Source: Iphione sp. A-MEVVRFRX5
Lineage: Eukaryota
Length of the DNA: 64,000 bases
Assembly (NCBI GenBank): GCA_976226885.1
Contig: OZ320313.1
Location: forward strand, 142,228,001 to 142,292,000
Direction of reading: 5' to 3'
This document shows positions 15,401 through 28,200 of this stretch, piece after piece. A program made the position numbers and the translations under genes. Within the stretch, counting starts at the first letter, position 1. Every line of letters begins with the position of its first letter. The notes below the pieces were generated by a model that had not been told where the DNA came from, made no database searches, and was given only the letters and a program-made list of their open reading frames with translations.

Positions 15401-17303
15401 TCCTTAAATTCAACTGTAATCCGTGCGTAGTATTGCTACATAAGCGCGCATCTCACTAGAAAATAATATAACACAAGGCATTAAAATATGTTCCATTTGA
15501 TATTTTAAGGGAGGACCGTTGTCGGTGTTTGCCACTGATCAGTGCAACAAAGTAAAATTTAGACTGCACATCGAATAGTGGAATGATTTTGTTTCATTTC
15601 TACATTGCACATTTAAACCATGTTCTAACAAGTCCCCCTGCGCTGACAAAATGATTCCGACGTTACGTACAGACGAATGACGTACATGGAGAGTGTGCTT
15701 CAGCAATCATGGTTGAAAGAAGGTCATGTCTAAAGAAGCACAACAAATCACCTAATGTAACGTGAGACTCCGTTTCTTGGCCTGCTTGGACGGCCGAGTT
15801 GTCCGTCTGCGTACATATACACATGCAAATGAGAGCCGAGGGCATATGTGCTAAGCATGCCGCGGAATATGAGCCAGATTGCGACTGGGTGAGTGGCGCG
15901 AGGCGAGGGGGGTGTCGGAGGAAAGATGAGCAGGCGCAATGTGCTATTCTCATCTTCGTCCTGCCTGGGAATGAATTTTGATTAACTCATTTCAATATTT
16001 AAAGGGGTCCAAACGACGTGCCCCAGAGCAATAAAAAGAAGTCGTGACTTGCATATGCCCTTCGCTGGAGTATATTCATGAGGGACACAGAAAAGATTTA
16101 AAATTTACTTTTACTCCCTTTGCATAAATCACATATCGAATTGGGATAAACAATTTAGCAAAGAAAAGGCCTTACCCTTCCTAACCAAATGTTTGCTTAC
16201 AATAAGGAAACTATTATATGCATACTGACGCTCACGTTTTGACCAAAATTGAGCTTCAATTGCTTTATTGAAACTGTTCAGCCATTCGTTATTCAAATAA
16301 ATTACAGCAGTAAAATTCCAGAGTAATTAATCTTGATTTGGCAGAGGCACAATCCTTACTGAAATTAGCATCTTGAACTTGCTCGTTGTGTGGGCAGAAT
16401 GATCCTTTGAAGAGGTTTCCCTTTGGTCTGTGATCCTGAACAATCTTTTTGACCCCGTGCCTTTCGAAGCCTGCCTGCACCCTCCCAAGTATCTCCTATC
16501 GGGCCCGGTCACATGCACAGAACGCGAAAGGCTAGGCAACCCATGGCAACACGAACCCACCCACACACCGCCTTTAGTGCCCGCGGGCAATGGGGAAATG
16601 CTCAAAGGCGCTTGAACGGTGACGGCCGTGGCCCACCATCACTCGGCCATTTTGATGAGCGTCAACAAGCGATCTGACGGTTTCTTGACACGTAAAAGAA
16701 CCTTTCCGCCCGCTATCCCACTCACCCAATTTTCGTCCGTCGCTGGTGAAAGACCCTTGGGTTGATTGCCGTAAGGCCTATTCTTTCTCTCGGGGAACTT
16801 AACCAAGAATTCCGTGAGGCTTTAAGGTTAGCTAGACAGCTCAAGCCTATTTCTGACCAACAAATAAAAATGACAGAAAAGCGATGGCCATGCGTTTGAA
16901 GACATTTCCTTGATGGTCTGAAGGTGAAAGAACGACACGTAATTCAATACGTAATTCACAGTAGCTATTGAAAGATTTGCAATCATTTATTTGGAATAAA
17001 AAGAATAAAAGAGTAACAGAAGATTAGTAAAAATGCTTCTTTAAAATTGTAGTATTCTGTTCAGTTTTGTAAGGAGGTAGTCATTGAGTAGAAGGTTCAT
17101 GTTGAGTTAAGATATTATTTAACATATTCGATAAGCTAAAACTACTGGGTTGGTCATGCAAATAATCCCATTTAACAATACACGTATATTCATTGAAACG
17201 GGATTGATGAGATATGTGCAAGCGTTTGGGGCCATTTCGAAGGCTCGGACGCCGTCTTAAAGTAGCAATCAGGTCTTTGAAATGATTTCGTCATCATGTG
17301 TCT

Positions 17304-17364
17304 CACACGTCTGATGATGCCCTGACCATGGCTCGATGCAGAGACGTTAGCTACTGTCACGGGA
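17304..17364 (+). ncRNA. Degenerate type I hammerhead-ribozyme-like motif (Penelope-like)
   Basis: CTGATGA (17311-17317), stem II TGC/GCA, GAGAC in place of GAAAC (17341-17345), a loop containing the palindrome TAGCTA, GTC (17356-17358), and a short stem I CGT/ACG. Confidence 0.42.
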
Positions 17365-20300
17365 TGCCCGTTTATAACAGTATAGTGAACGTGTGAACTT
17401 CATTGGTTCTCTGCATTTGTATGGAGGAGGCCCTCTAGCAAAGGATCTCTATACCAAAGCCTAAATTATACCGCGTAGAGCCCTTTATGGGAAGATTTAT
17501 GCTTGCATTTTACTTCAAATATCAAGTATTAATATTTTCTGTGTGATAGTAAGGAAACACCCAAAGTGGACAAATCTAAATAGAGACCTGAATATCTTCA
17601 TAGCCAAAATATGTACATGTATTTGAATATGTTTACATTGGGGTATTTTCTTATATTCGGTTCTCTGTTCTGTAGTGCCCTTCTTATGTCGAATGAATAG
17701 TCCCGAAAACCTTATGTTATGTGTACAAAAATAGTTCAAAGGGTTTTCAAATGTTCGCATTAAAAACATTGATTGAGCCTATGATTGCTTATGGTCGTAG
17801 TGCTATGTCAAAATGCAGGGTATGTCTAACATAAAATGACACCTTTCAGACGAGAGATCACGAACCCGCCAACCCCTATCAGCTTCATGGCTCAAAAATA
17901 ATTTTACATGCATGTACCCTTTATATTCCTTGTGCGTTTCTAAACCGTTTCTAAAATCATCCGCGTGGGTGAAACATCTGAATGAGAAAGAGAAGCCATT
18001 TCGCGGCGTTGAAATAGGCTTAAGAGGACGAGGGGTCATTTTCAACGGAATTGCCCATCACTAGGGATTTGGTCTTAAAACATGGAATATTTTTGTCGTT
18101 ATTTCAGTTTTAGTGAAGCTCCAAGGCTTTGAGGGTGGCCGTAATTGTTTCACTGTTAAAACGGAAGGGAAAAACGCGTTATTATTGCATTAGCAGTATT
18201 GAACCTAGCAACTGTCTAAATTACAGGAAGCTCGTAGCTTGACTTCATTATATCAAGTAGCATGAGTCAGCTACAGATCTGTTGAGGAAAGCAAGCAGGC
18301 TGACTTTATCTACTAAAAACAGGGATATTTAAGGTGGCACGTTTAAACTGATTGGCGATTAAACTGACAAAGCCTATCTGCACACCATATGATGTCACGT
18401 GGCAAAGCTCAGTCACAGACAAGCTGTTCTTGACCAGAAAAATATATTTCATATGATATAGTAGACTATATCAATGCTACTGAATGTACATGTACATGTA
18501 TATAAATACCAGTCTATCTATGCGTTTTCAATGAATAAATGAAAACAACATACGTTGTATAAGGAATCTAAAGATGATTTTAATTGTATACGCTAAAATT
18601 GACATATCTAATTTAATTATTTGTAATTCACGTGAAAATCGTCGAAATTGGTGACTGTGTATATCTCAATAAACAGTTTCAACATATTGTGTTAGAAACA
18701 GCAGTGCTTCAAATACACAGATATACGAGATCAATATTGATATTTAAACTAGATACGATTGGTACAGGAAATTAAGGTAACATATAACGTATAATCTGAA
18801 AAAAAATATATAGACCAACGGTCTCCTTTGAGGATTGAGGACGTGAATTTTGTTAGAAATAGATTTTATGCTGCAAAATCAATGGAAGAAACAAAAGGTG
18901 TCTATGGCAAAAATTGCGTTCCAAGTTATTTTCTTCCGACTGTCGAGATATCTACATAGGGTAGATTTGCCCAATGCAAAACGTCAGATAAAATCAAACC
19001 ACCTGAACATTCACATTCGGGAACGGAATAGGTTCTTTAGTAGAACTTGTTTTGTTTATGCTAAGAAACGATTTTTTTCTGACCAATTAATAAAAAATGA
19101 TCGTTTTAGAAACAATCCCTAGAATGTATAAATTTTTTCGTACCGTTTCGCAACTTTACAAACGCCAAACGTTTTCTGACATCACATGTTGAGATTTGAC
19201 CTTTAATATCGGTTCATCTGACACCCTTTTTTACCTTTTGAGCTTTTCATTGAAGTTTGCTACTCTCCAACAAGGCTTAAGGTTTCTTATTAAGTGTTGT
19301 ATATTATCCTCGCAGGTTCAACTCATAGACGGATATAAGCATCTGACCCAGCAGTGACGGACAGTATTCAGCGGCTGGCTTACTTGCTGAAAGGAAATCT
19401 CCTATCAGTCTGGCGAAACTTGGCGGGACAATGGACATGTCCTCCAGCTGGATGTCACCGCCGACCGGCAGGTGGCAGCTGTGATGGATTGTACTAACTA
19501 GAAAAAGCCATCGAAAGGTAATGCTGCGATATCAATGCAATCCTATAACGAGCTTTCGTTTCAGCAAGAGATGCCAGAGTAATAGCTCATTTTTATATAT
19601 TATTTGCATTGTATTGTATATTATGCAGCTGCAGCAGGTTTTTCCGAGGCGCTTGTGATTTAGTATGCAAGTTAAAATGACACGAGATAATAACAATAAT
19701 TTCGCTTTGCGAAAGTTCTGTTTTATGAGACCTTAGCCAAATTCAAAAGGACCGCCTACATATTTACCAGTTGAGTTCGTTTGATTTGAACGATAATTGT
19801 AAGAATGCCAAAGGCTAATTTAATTCACTTTCATGTAATTCATCTGACATTAGACACTTAACAGATATGTGTGTCCCTGAGAATAATTACCATGCCACCA
19901 ATGTAGCATTCAATCCCTTCTTTTTGTACTAGTCTTAATCGGAAGTTCAAAACATCCTTTGGCAATTAGCTCATCAGGTGTGAGCCCCAAGTGTATTCAT
20001 GCCTCCAATTATGCGAAAATTACTTCATCAAAATCGTACTTTTGTGAAAAAAGTGATTTAAAGGATAAGTGAAGTCTGTAGTATTAGGCAAGTCTAGAGC
20101 TAAGCTGAAAGATGTTTTGGCAAAGGTGAAGTCGGCATCATTCAGAGAAATAGTCTTATGCTGACAAGGAAGCCCTGCCACCATTATTTTACAAATAAAC
20201 CCAGTCCCTCGTCATCGTTATGTCAGAGGTCACTCTGAATGGTGTGGTCAGTTCGGGGGCTATTCATGTTGAGCTGCTCACCACATAGATAACGGTTCCA

Positions 20301-23300
20301 TATCACTAGGATCGTCTGTAAAATCCTTATTGTTGTATTACATCAAGCTAGGCCCACCTGCAGTTTCTTCTTTTATCTTTGCTGTACCATAGGATGATAA
20401 AGTAGTACTTGCGGGGATCTTATGTATTGGTATTCGACGGTGGAGGTATATCCATCCTGGGTGGTAGAACTCAAAGGCTTGACGACACATAAAAATACGT
20501 GATTTCATATCCTTACTTGTGTACATAGGCGTAAATATCCACTCTTACTGTTCTAAATCTTACGAAGGACTGAATGTCAAGGGGCTCCAGCAGGATCCAT
20601 TGCAGACTGGAGATGCGCATGTTGGAGATGAACAGCTCCATGAAGATGTACAGGTGGCAGTTCAGCAAGATGACCAAGGAGCCCCGGGAGGTGCACTGGC
20701 TCCTGTACCACCTACACCTGAACCAGCTATTCTTGGCCGTGCCACCGCAAGGACAACTCTTAAATGCCAGGGTCATAAGATGAAGAAGGTTGGTTAAGAA
20801 GGAGCCAGTCCCTTCTGGCTTCTCTGAGAGTAAGGATAGCATTGAGATAGACCTAAAAAAGCTCACTCTGATTACTCTGATGAAGCAGGAATGGCATGAC
20901 GGAGATATAATCAGGGAAGGCTGGCATTCCCAATTTAGAGTTTGGGGAGCTGACTCTAGAAGAATTATGACCATATGATAAATGAGGCAACTCTTTATCA
21001 TTATGGCAGTGGTGAAAATGAGAGAATGATCCTATCCATCATATTAGTGGAGGATCGATTTGCTAGGGTAGTGACAGATACAACCTGGCGACTAATGAGG
21101 TGAGTTTACCCTAGGGTGGATCCAAAGACGAGGGTATCAGTGACCTTCTTTCAAAAAGCTCAAGGGGAAGAACTTCAACTTCAGTACATTGAGGCAAGAT
21201 GTACAACTTGTGAAGAGGCTACATAAGTGGTGGAAAATTCAACAACATTTTACTCCGACTAAGGTCGAGGCAGCTGCATCCGTATCAATGGAAGCAAGTG
21301 AGTTTGAACGAACAGCTGATGAAAATCTATTCCGAACTTTAGATAGACATAGAAGAAGTAAAGCATGGAAAGCAGAAATCCCATCAAAATGAAAAAGATC
21401 AAGACTATGGGAATGAATGGAATGCTGAATGGAAACCTGTTTGCTGAAATTACCTTTGCAGGCTGACCTAAGGACGTATTGTTCTCGTGCTGAATTATAA
21501 AAAGAAGTAATTTTAAGATTTCCTACAGAGACAGGACGATGTCTTGGAATATTCCTGAAAAACACTTAACTTGGGACAACATCCCAATAGAAAAAAGAAA
21601 AAGATCACGTAATAGTAAGTACAGTTGATTGTACACTTCAACTGAGAAACAGATCATCCTGGAAGTCCAAACAAAATTGATAAACGAATGGCTTCATGGC
21701 TTTTCAAATTTCGAATTGTTTATTTACCATTTCTGTGTACAGAGCTCTTCCTGACAAACAGCAAGGTCGACAAAGTCAACATGAGTGTGTATGTATGAAG
21801 AAGAAGAGATACATCTAGTGTACAATAAGGCTATACTGCAATAAAGTCTGTATACACACATGTAGGCATCTGATAGTATGTATATTTAAATTTGAGCCAC
21901 TGACCACATTGCTTTATAATCACAGAACATACAATAGGGATTTATCCTCTGGCACTCACAGGAGTACATCACAATTAAAACATCACAGTTTGATACGGCC
22001 AGCTCACAAACATGACAATTCAATGCATTCGGTATTGGACCGCATCTCCTAGCTTTAGCCACCACATTTCGCACTTGCTAAAGAGCTCGAAAAGCAGTTA
22101 GTGAGCTTTCATCTGGTTCAGTGTATACCAAGATACTATCGGCCGTTGATAATTGCCCTCCCCCATACTGCATTCCGCTACTGCCATCTGGTTCATTCGT
22201 AAGCAAACTAACTTGGTCATTTTAATATAACACAATCTGCAAGTGGATAAATAACTTTCCATCGAGTACTTGTGTGCCGGAGCCAATCACACATGCTGTT
22301 ATTGCGAAAATCGTATTCAGTGACATAGCCTTATACTGAGGCAGTGAGAAATAAGGCTTGAAAAAACATGATCAAATGGTGAAAAGAACAAATAAAATTC
22401 CGATAGGAAAATCTATAGAAAGAACAGCACCCCTTCTTTGAGTGCTGGAACCGTAAAACAAACTGCAGACGCATTTTCAGCCATTCTAGGTTTGGTGCTA
22501 GGTCTGCCGATCGAAGGGGCGTAATGGACAATTTACCATGAACTTCCCAGAATATACTAGATTTTCTCAAACAATAGTATGAGTTCTTTAAAGAGAACTA
22601 AACCGGCCAATACGCACTACACACTAAAGCATCGCCCATATTGGAAAATTCAGAGGGTATTTCAGAAACAGATCCTCTACTGAGCGCAATTTAGTTTAGC
22701 TGACAAATAATGTATTAACTGACATGACTCCATAGATAATTGCTCAGGGGATTTCTACAAGGAACGAAGGAATAAACAACAATAATGGGATACTGTCGTA
22801 CCTATCGTCGTGTTCGTCTCCAAATAGTTAGTCCATGTAAAAAGGTGTAGTTCATAGGCTCGAAGCATGTATCCGTATTCACCCTCACAACAGTCAAATA
22901 CGTGCTCCTCTGTCAGAGAAATGTATTTATGACTAAGCATTCTATAAAATAAATACAATTTAAATTTCAGTAAGTTAGTTAAAATAACAGAAGTTTCTCC
23001 CATACTGGTGGCATTGTACGGAATGTTGGCATGCAGGGTGAATCCGGACATGAGGAAACGTCATATCCTTTCAAAGTGGCATTCTGTGTGGAACCTTCTG
23101 TGACTAAACCACGGTCTCAAAAGGTCCATTTATCTCCAGATTGACAAAATGGGACTATTAACACTATTCCTTTTTTTCAGCCGTAGGTTCGATGTCCTAA
23201 TCAGTGCTGCTAAAGCCAGAGCGACCAGTCCTCGGCTTGGAGATCATCCCTCCCAGCAGACAGGTCCTGGAACAGACAGATCTATCACGTCAACGTGATA

Positions 23301-25164
23301 ATTAATTTATTCCTACGGGTGTTAGGTATAAACGTTGTTGCCCAAACCATTGATAAAAACCAGGAAGAAAAGGGACTGTCATCCCTAAGCTTGCGAACGT
23401 CTTTCCGTACAATTGAATGACATATACATGTACATGTGGTTTATATTCATATTGGCAACAAGCGTATGATCAGATCCTGTTTTCTGGTGGCCAAACCCTT
23501 AAATGCAGCCATTAAGCAGTCATTTAAGTCTACGCCTCGTATAGCCCCTATCGCTGTCTCCAACGGAGGCCAGCCGAAAGCATTCACGTGACAAAGGTCA
23601 CATAGATCGAACCCGAGACTGCAGCAATGACCATTTAAATGCGTTGACAGCAAAAACGGCTGCACCGGACACCCAATCAGTTAAAGCTACAATGATGAAT
23701 ATTCTTTGATTGAAGAGCAACGTCACCTACATGTCAGGCAGCGGCCAGACATTTTTTAAAAGTGATTTACCAGATTTGTTTTGGAAATTGAGTCGGGCCT
23801 AATATGCATATTTTAAAATTCATATGGACTCGTTCAACTATTTTATGTTCAGTTTTATTGCCACGGCACGCGAAGTGACGCGTGCCAGTGTCGGTATCAT
23901 AAAATACAATTGTTTGATCCTGTATGCATTTCAACAGTGAAAGTCCTTTTATGGCGGTGATCTTTTTAAGAGACCCACAGTAAAACATGTGTTTCATTGG
24001 GGATTTTATATTGGATATATTACAGATATGAACCATATACATGAACAAGTACATTAATAACACGAATGCCTGATTATATCGACAGGAATAGCAGAAAGGT
24101 TACTGCGAGCTATCAACGAAGATGTACATGATTCTCATTAATGTGAATACTTTCATATTTATTCCATTTCTCACCCTCATCACTCCAGTAGAGCCTTACC
24201 TGCCTATATCTTTAATGAACTGCCTCATTATACGGATCTCTGGCAGACGAGATGTAAGTACCTAGAAGATCGAGATAGTGGAGCTCTCGTTCCAAGGAGG
24301 GACATCTCCAAGGACAAAACGGCAAGTGGAAAACGGTGACATTAATTCATCACCTCAATTTCTCTGGCAAACCATCAATCTAATTGCGCAAACCTGTTCC
24401 GCACCTAAATGCTATGACTGTATGAGAGTTTGTCGGAAACAAGCTACTTTGTAATCTCCAGGTGATCTCAGGTTATGAGGAGTATATGGTGTCAAGAGAT
24501 ATCTAATTATGAGGTTTCCATTTTCATTTCACACGTTAGGTCAAGGATTAGTCACCAGAGCAGTTGAACACTTTCTTCGTTTTAGCCCAACAAATATTTT
24601 CTCAGAAGAGAAATAGCCAGGACTGTCGTAATATTACCCATGCAACTGCACTAAAGGCGTATATATAGTAAGCACCACTACGCAAATATATGTATTATGT
24701 TAGATTATCATGGACGAGGGACTACTTAGGGTGAACTAGTCGATGCAATTCTAGGGTTTACTTTAGATGGCAGCAATTTTGATGACATGTACAGGTCAGC
24801 AGGAGTAATGTAGAACGATAGTTTTCTGACTAATAATCATCATAATTGAAGTTGATTATTTTGACCCAGTAGTGTTGAGAAAGGAGAGCATAAGATGAGC
24901 CGATCGGAAATGGCGGCATTTTACAATGTATCATATCCACATGACAACACGCAAATTTTGAATGATTATCGTCATTATCGTGCCATGTGCTCTAAGACAA
25001 GAGATCTGAAACTTAGGGGAATTAATGCATATCACGAGGAGAGCATCTGTTGAAAAAGAGCATATAATTGCTGAATTTACAACTTACATTCTTCGAAATG
25101 GTCTTCAGCTCGCATATTCTCGTGATACGCTTTACAGCTTACAATCTTCTGACGCAAGATGCGT

Positions 25165-25292
25165 GATACATAACACATGATACATGATTCATGATACATG
25201 ATCCACGATATATATAGTACATGTACACGATATATGATGCATGATCCGTCATATATGATACGTGATCTATGATGCAAGATGCAAGATACACA
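25165..25292 (+). repeat. Degenerate 7-bp tandem repeat (CATGATA-like)
   Basis: Runs of GATACAT/GATTCAT/GATCCAC/GATGCAA with about 7-bp periodicity. Confidence 0.75.
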
Positions 25293-28200
25293 ATACATTA
25301 TCAATGACCCCTCCCTCTGGCCTAGAGCTATACCCGCCCTACATATCTCAACCTCGGCCATTTGGTCGGGCCCGTCACTGCGCATTGCTCCACCAGCTGT
25401 TACCCAGTCATACAACAGGGTCTTCACTTAACAGTCTTAGTAGAGGGAATCTGACCCGGGTACCTTGTCTGTTATCCTTTCTTCTCACAAAGACGTTTTT
25501 GCACAGCTCATGTGTAATAAAAATAGTGCCTACTGAACAGGTACATGTAGTTATGAAATTTTGGTTTGTCATCAACATGGCCAGCTTTGGTCATGATTTA
25601 CGACCCAGCACACTGTCACACTGAACCATGTTGAAATTATGCCGCATATCTGAACTGAAATCGTTTACAATGTGATATTGTCCCTTTTGTGGTATTTTTA
25701 TCTTATTTATGGTATTTTGATCATTTTTATTACTTTCAGGAATACAGGCCATGTTCATATCATGATAATAAATATATTGTGATATAATGTGACCTTTTAC
25801 TAAATGTATACACTTGTGTACAGCCAACATTCCATATTCGCCGGCTCACATGATTTTGTTCGAAAAGAAGGGAGTCCAATACTGGTGTTAAATCAATATA
25901 GCAGAAATCTGTTTTGTCTCACTAAACATTTATTCGGAATTGGTATATTTTCAGATGCTGAGTGTAAACTGAACGGTTGTACATGTATATCTATAAAGTG
26001 TATCTACTGTACATTAAGATAGTAATAACTTTTGTTTTTTTCGAGAATTAGGGACGCATAAGTCAAGTATTTCTAATACATGTACAAATGCATTCTTGAG
26101 CCGATGTGTTGTATCATCATACTGGTTTCCCAGGACCCTTCACAAGGGTAATGTATCGCCCACGAAATTCCTTTGAGCCAGAACATCCAGTTGAACTCTC
26201 ATCATTTGCATAAGGACGGAAATTGTATAGTGCAGCCGCGGTTCTTCATGCACCTATGCGCATTTGAGAGAATTATTATACTTAAATCCAGACCGTTATA
26301 ATCTTGGAAGAGCACAGTATGCCTCCTTTCCTGTTTTGGATACGATTTTGGTTCTTCTACGACTGATGTTCGGCTTGGTAAAGCATCTTTATTCAACAGG
26401 GTTGTGTGAGGAGGGATTGACTTGGGATTTTGGATTCACGGATCGGTCAATTCGCAGATCCATCCTCTTGTCGCATTGCGCGTCAGAACTAACTCCTAAA
26501 GGCCTCTTCCGCCTATTGAATTCAATGAAGCAATTCCCTAGTGAGGAAAACCTTCTTACGAAGGAACGGATTGCCACAAAAACCACAAATATACTTTGAA
26601 ACTTCTGAAACCATCAGTGAAAGGAATGAAGCGAAAATAATGCTTTTAATGTTACATTCAAGAGACACCGATAGCTATTAAAGTCCAAGGAGAAACTCTA
26701 ACAAATGTAGCCAGGAGAACATCTACTATTGTCACCACGCTTCACTATCTATGAAGGAAAATCTCGACACCCTGTTATGTATTGGCCCCCTGTACATGTA
26801 TATAAAATATCATTCAAATGATTATACGTACATTGCATGTGTGCCAATAACGACAGGAGACAGCTTTCTTATCATTGCTACTACAGTACAAAGGCACTAT
26901 ATTACATGACAATTCCAAACTGATCTCAAACGGATGTCAGTTTTCGCGGGACCTTCCGGCCATTTTCTGCACAAACGCTCCCTCCGCCCCACGACCGCCA
27001 CCACCTAGGTACGAATCCGCCCCGCTGATTCGCGCCGTCTTGGGGCCCAACTGGAAATCAGGCGCCACATGAGCCTACACCAAATGAGATTATCGGTGAA
27101 ACGAGAGGGGATAAATATTTGATTTTTATATCCAGGGGATTACCGGGCCATGGAGATTATGCAGCGTGCAACGGCATCAGACTTGAGGCTGGCAGTGTAT
27201 TAGGAGTGGTCTGCGGTAGGGAATGACTTACTGGTCGCAAGTTCCACTTGTGGGCGAGAACAATTGGTAATGGCTGGTTCTAATCCACCATCGCTATTCG
27301 GCACCAGTAGACAGATAAGTCTTTTACCGAAAGACAAGGCGTGGGTTTATTATTCTTCTTTCGTATCGCATCGTCACTGGAGTAAGCCCTTCTTGCAACT
27401 GGCTGATGAGTAATTGCTATAGGGCAGGAGAAGCCCAATACGTCATGCAGTCTAACGGCAAAAACTCTCGACTATTAATAGACCGTAAATTAAATTACTC
27501 AGGAGTTCAAATGTCACCAGGTGTGCCACGTGCTCATGAGACCTGCCATTGTAGTCATTGTTTTTTTAGATATATTAGAGGAATAAGCGTGTAGAAAGAT
27601 CTATTTACATGTCCCCTATTTTTGCTGATGGATGGTAGTCTAAACGAAAAAAAGATGCCTTTATGGAGAGACACAGTGTTTGTAACGTATATCCATGTTT
27701 CCTAAGGACCAAGCTAAAAATTCCTTTTGATAGCTCAGTATGTGTCATACATGTCACATGTTCTTGGCTCTAAATTATTTTATGTAGCACTCACTTCATT
27801 TGGCGATAAGTGTACAGCTTCATACATTCAAACGCCACACTGTGAACGGACCAAACTGTGGCCATGTGACGATTAAAGACAATTTTCAGAAGTATACAAT
27901 GTCTCTTTTCATAGTTACATTATACCACAATGTGGACTTACCATCTTGACGACGCTTTAGTGAAGGACCAAAGGTGTGTCGACATTATAGCATTTAACTG
28001 CATTTAGAACGAAGACCTAAGGAGAATATGTTATTGGTTATTCTGGCGTATTTTTATCTTTTCCCGTATAAACACCAGGATGCAAACATACACTCAAACT
28101 TAGCTAAGTCAGAAAGGCTGTCTACAGCATTTGTAGCTGGTGATGAAGGAAGACTCTTGAGAGATTGTATTGGAAAAATTGAAAACAAGACACCAAATTG

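Noticed and set aside
15663-15981. Frame ending ...SRYIR, like a DIRS recombinase C-terminus
   Set aside because: The preceding HSFRIG and GRWxS motifs are absent.
24195-24290. LRR-like peptide RALPAYIFNELPHYTDLW
   Set aside because: A single imperfect repeat with no neighbouring LRR exons identified.
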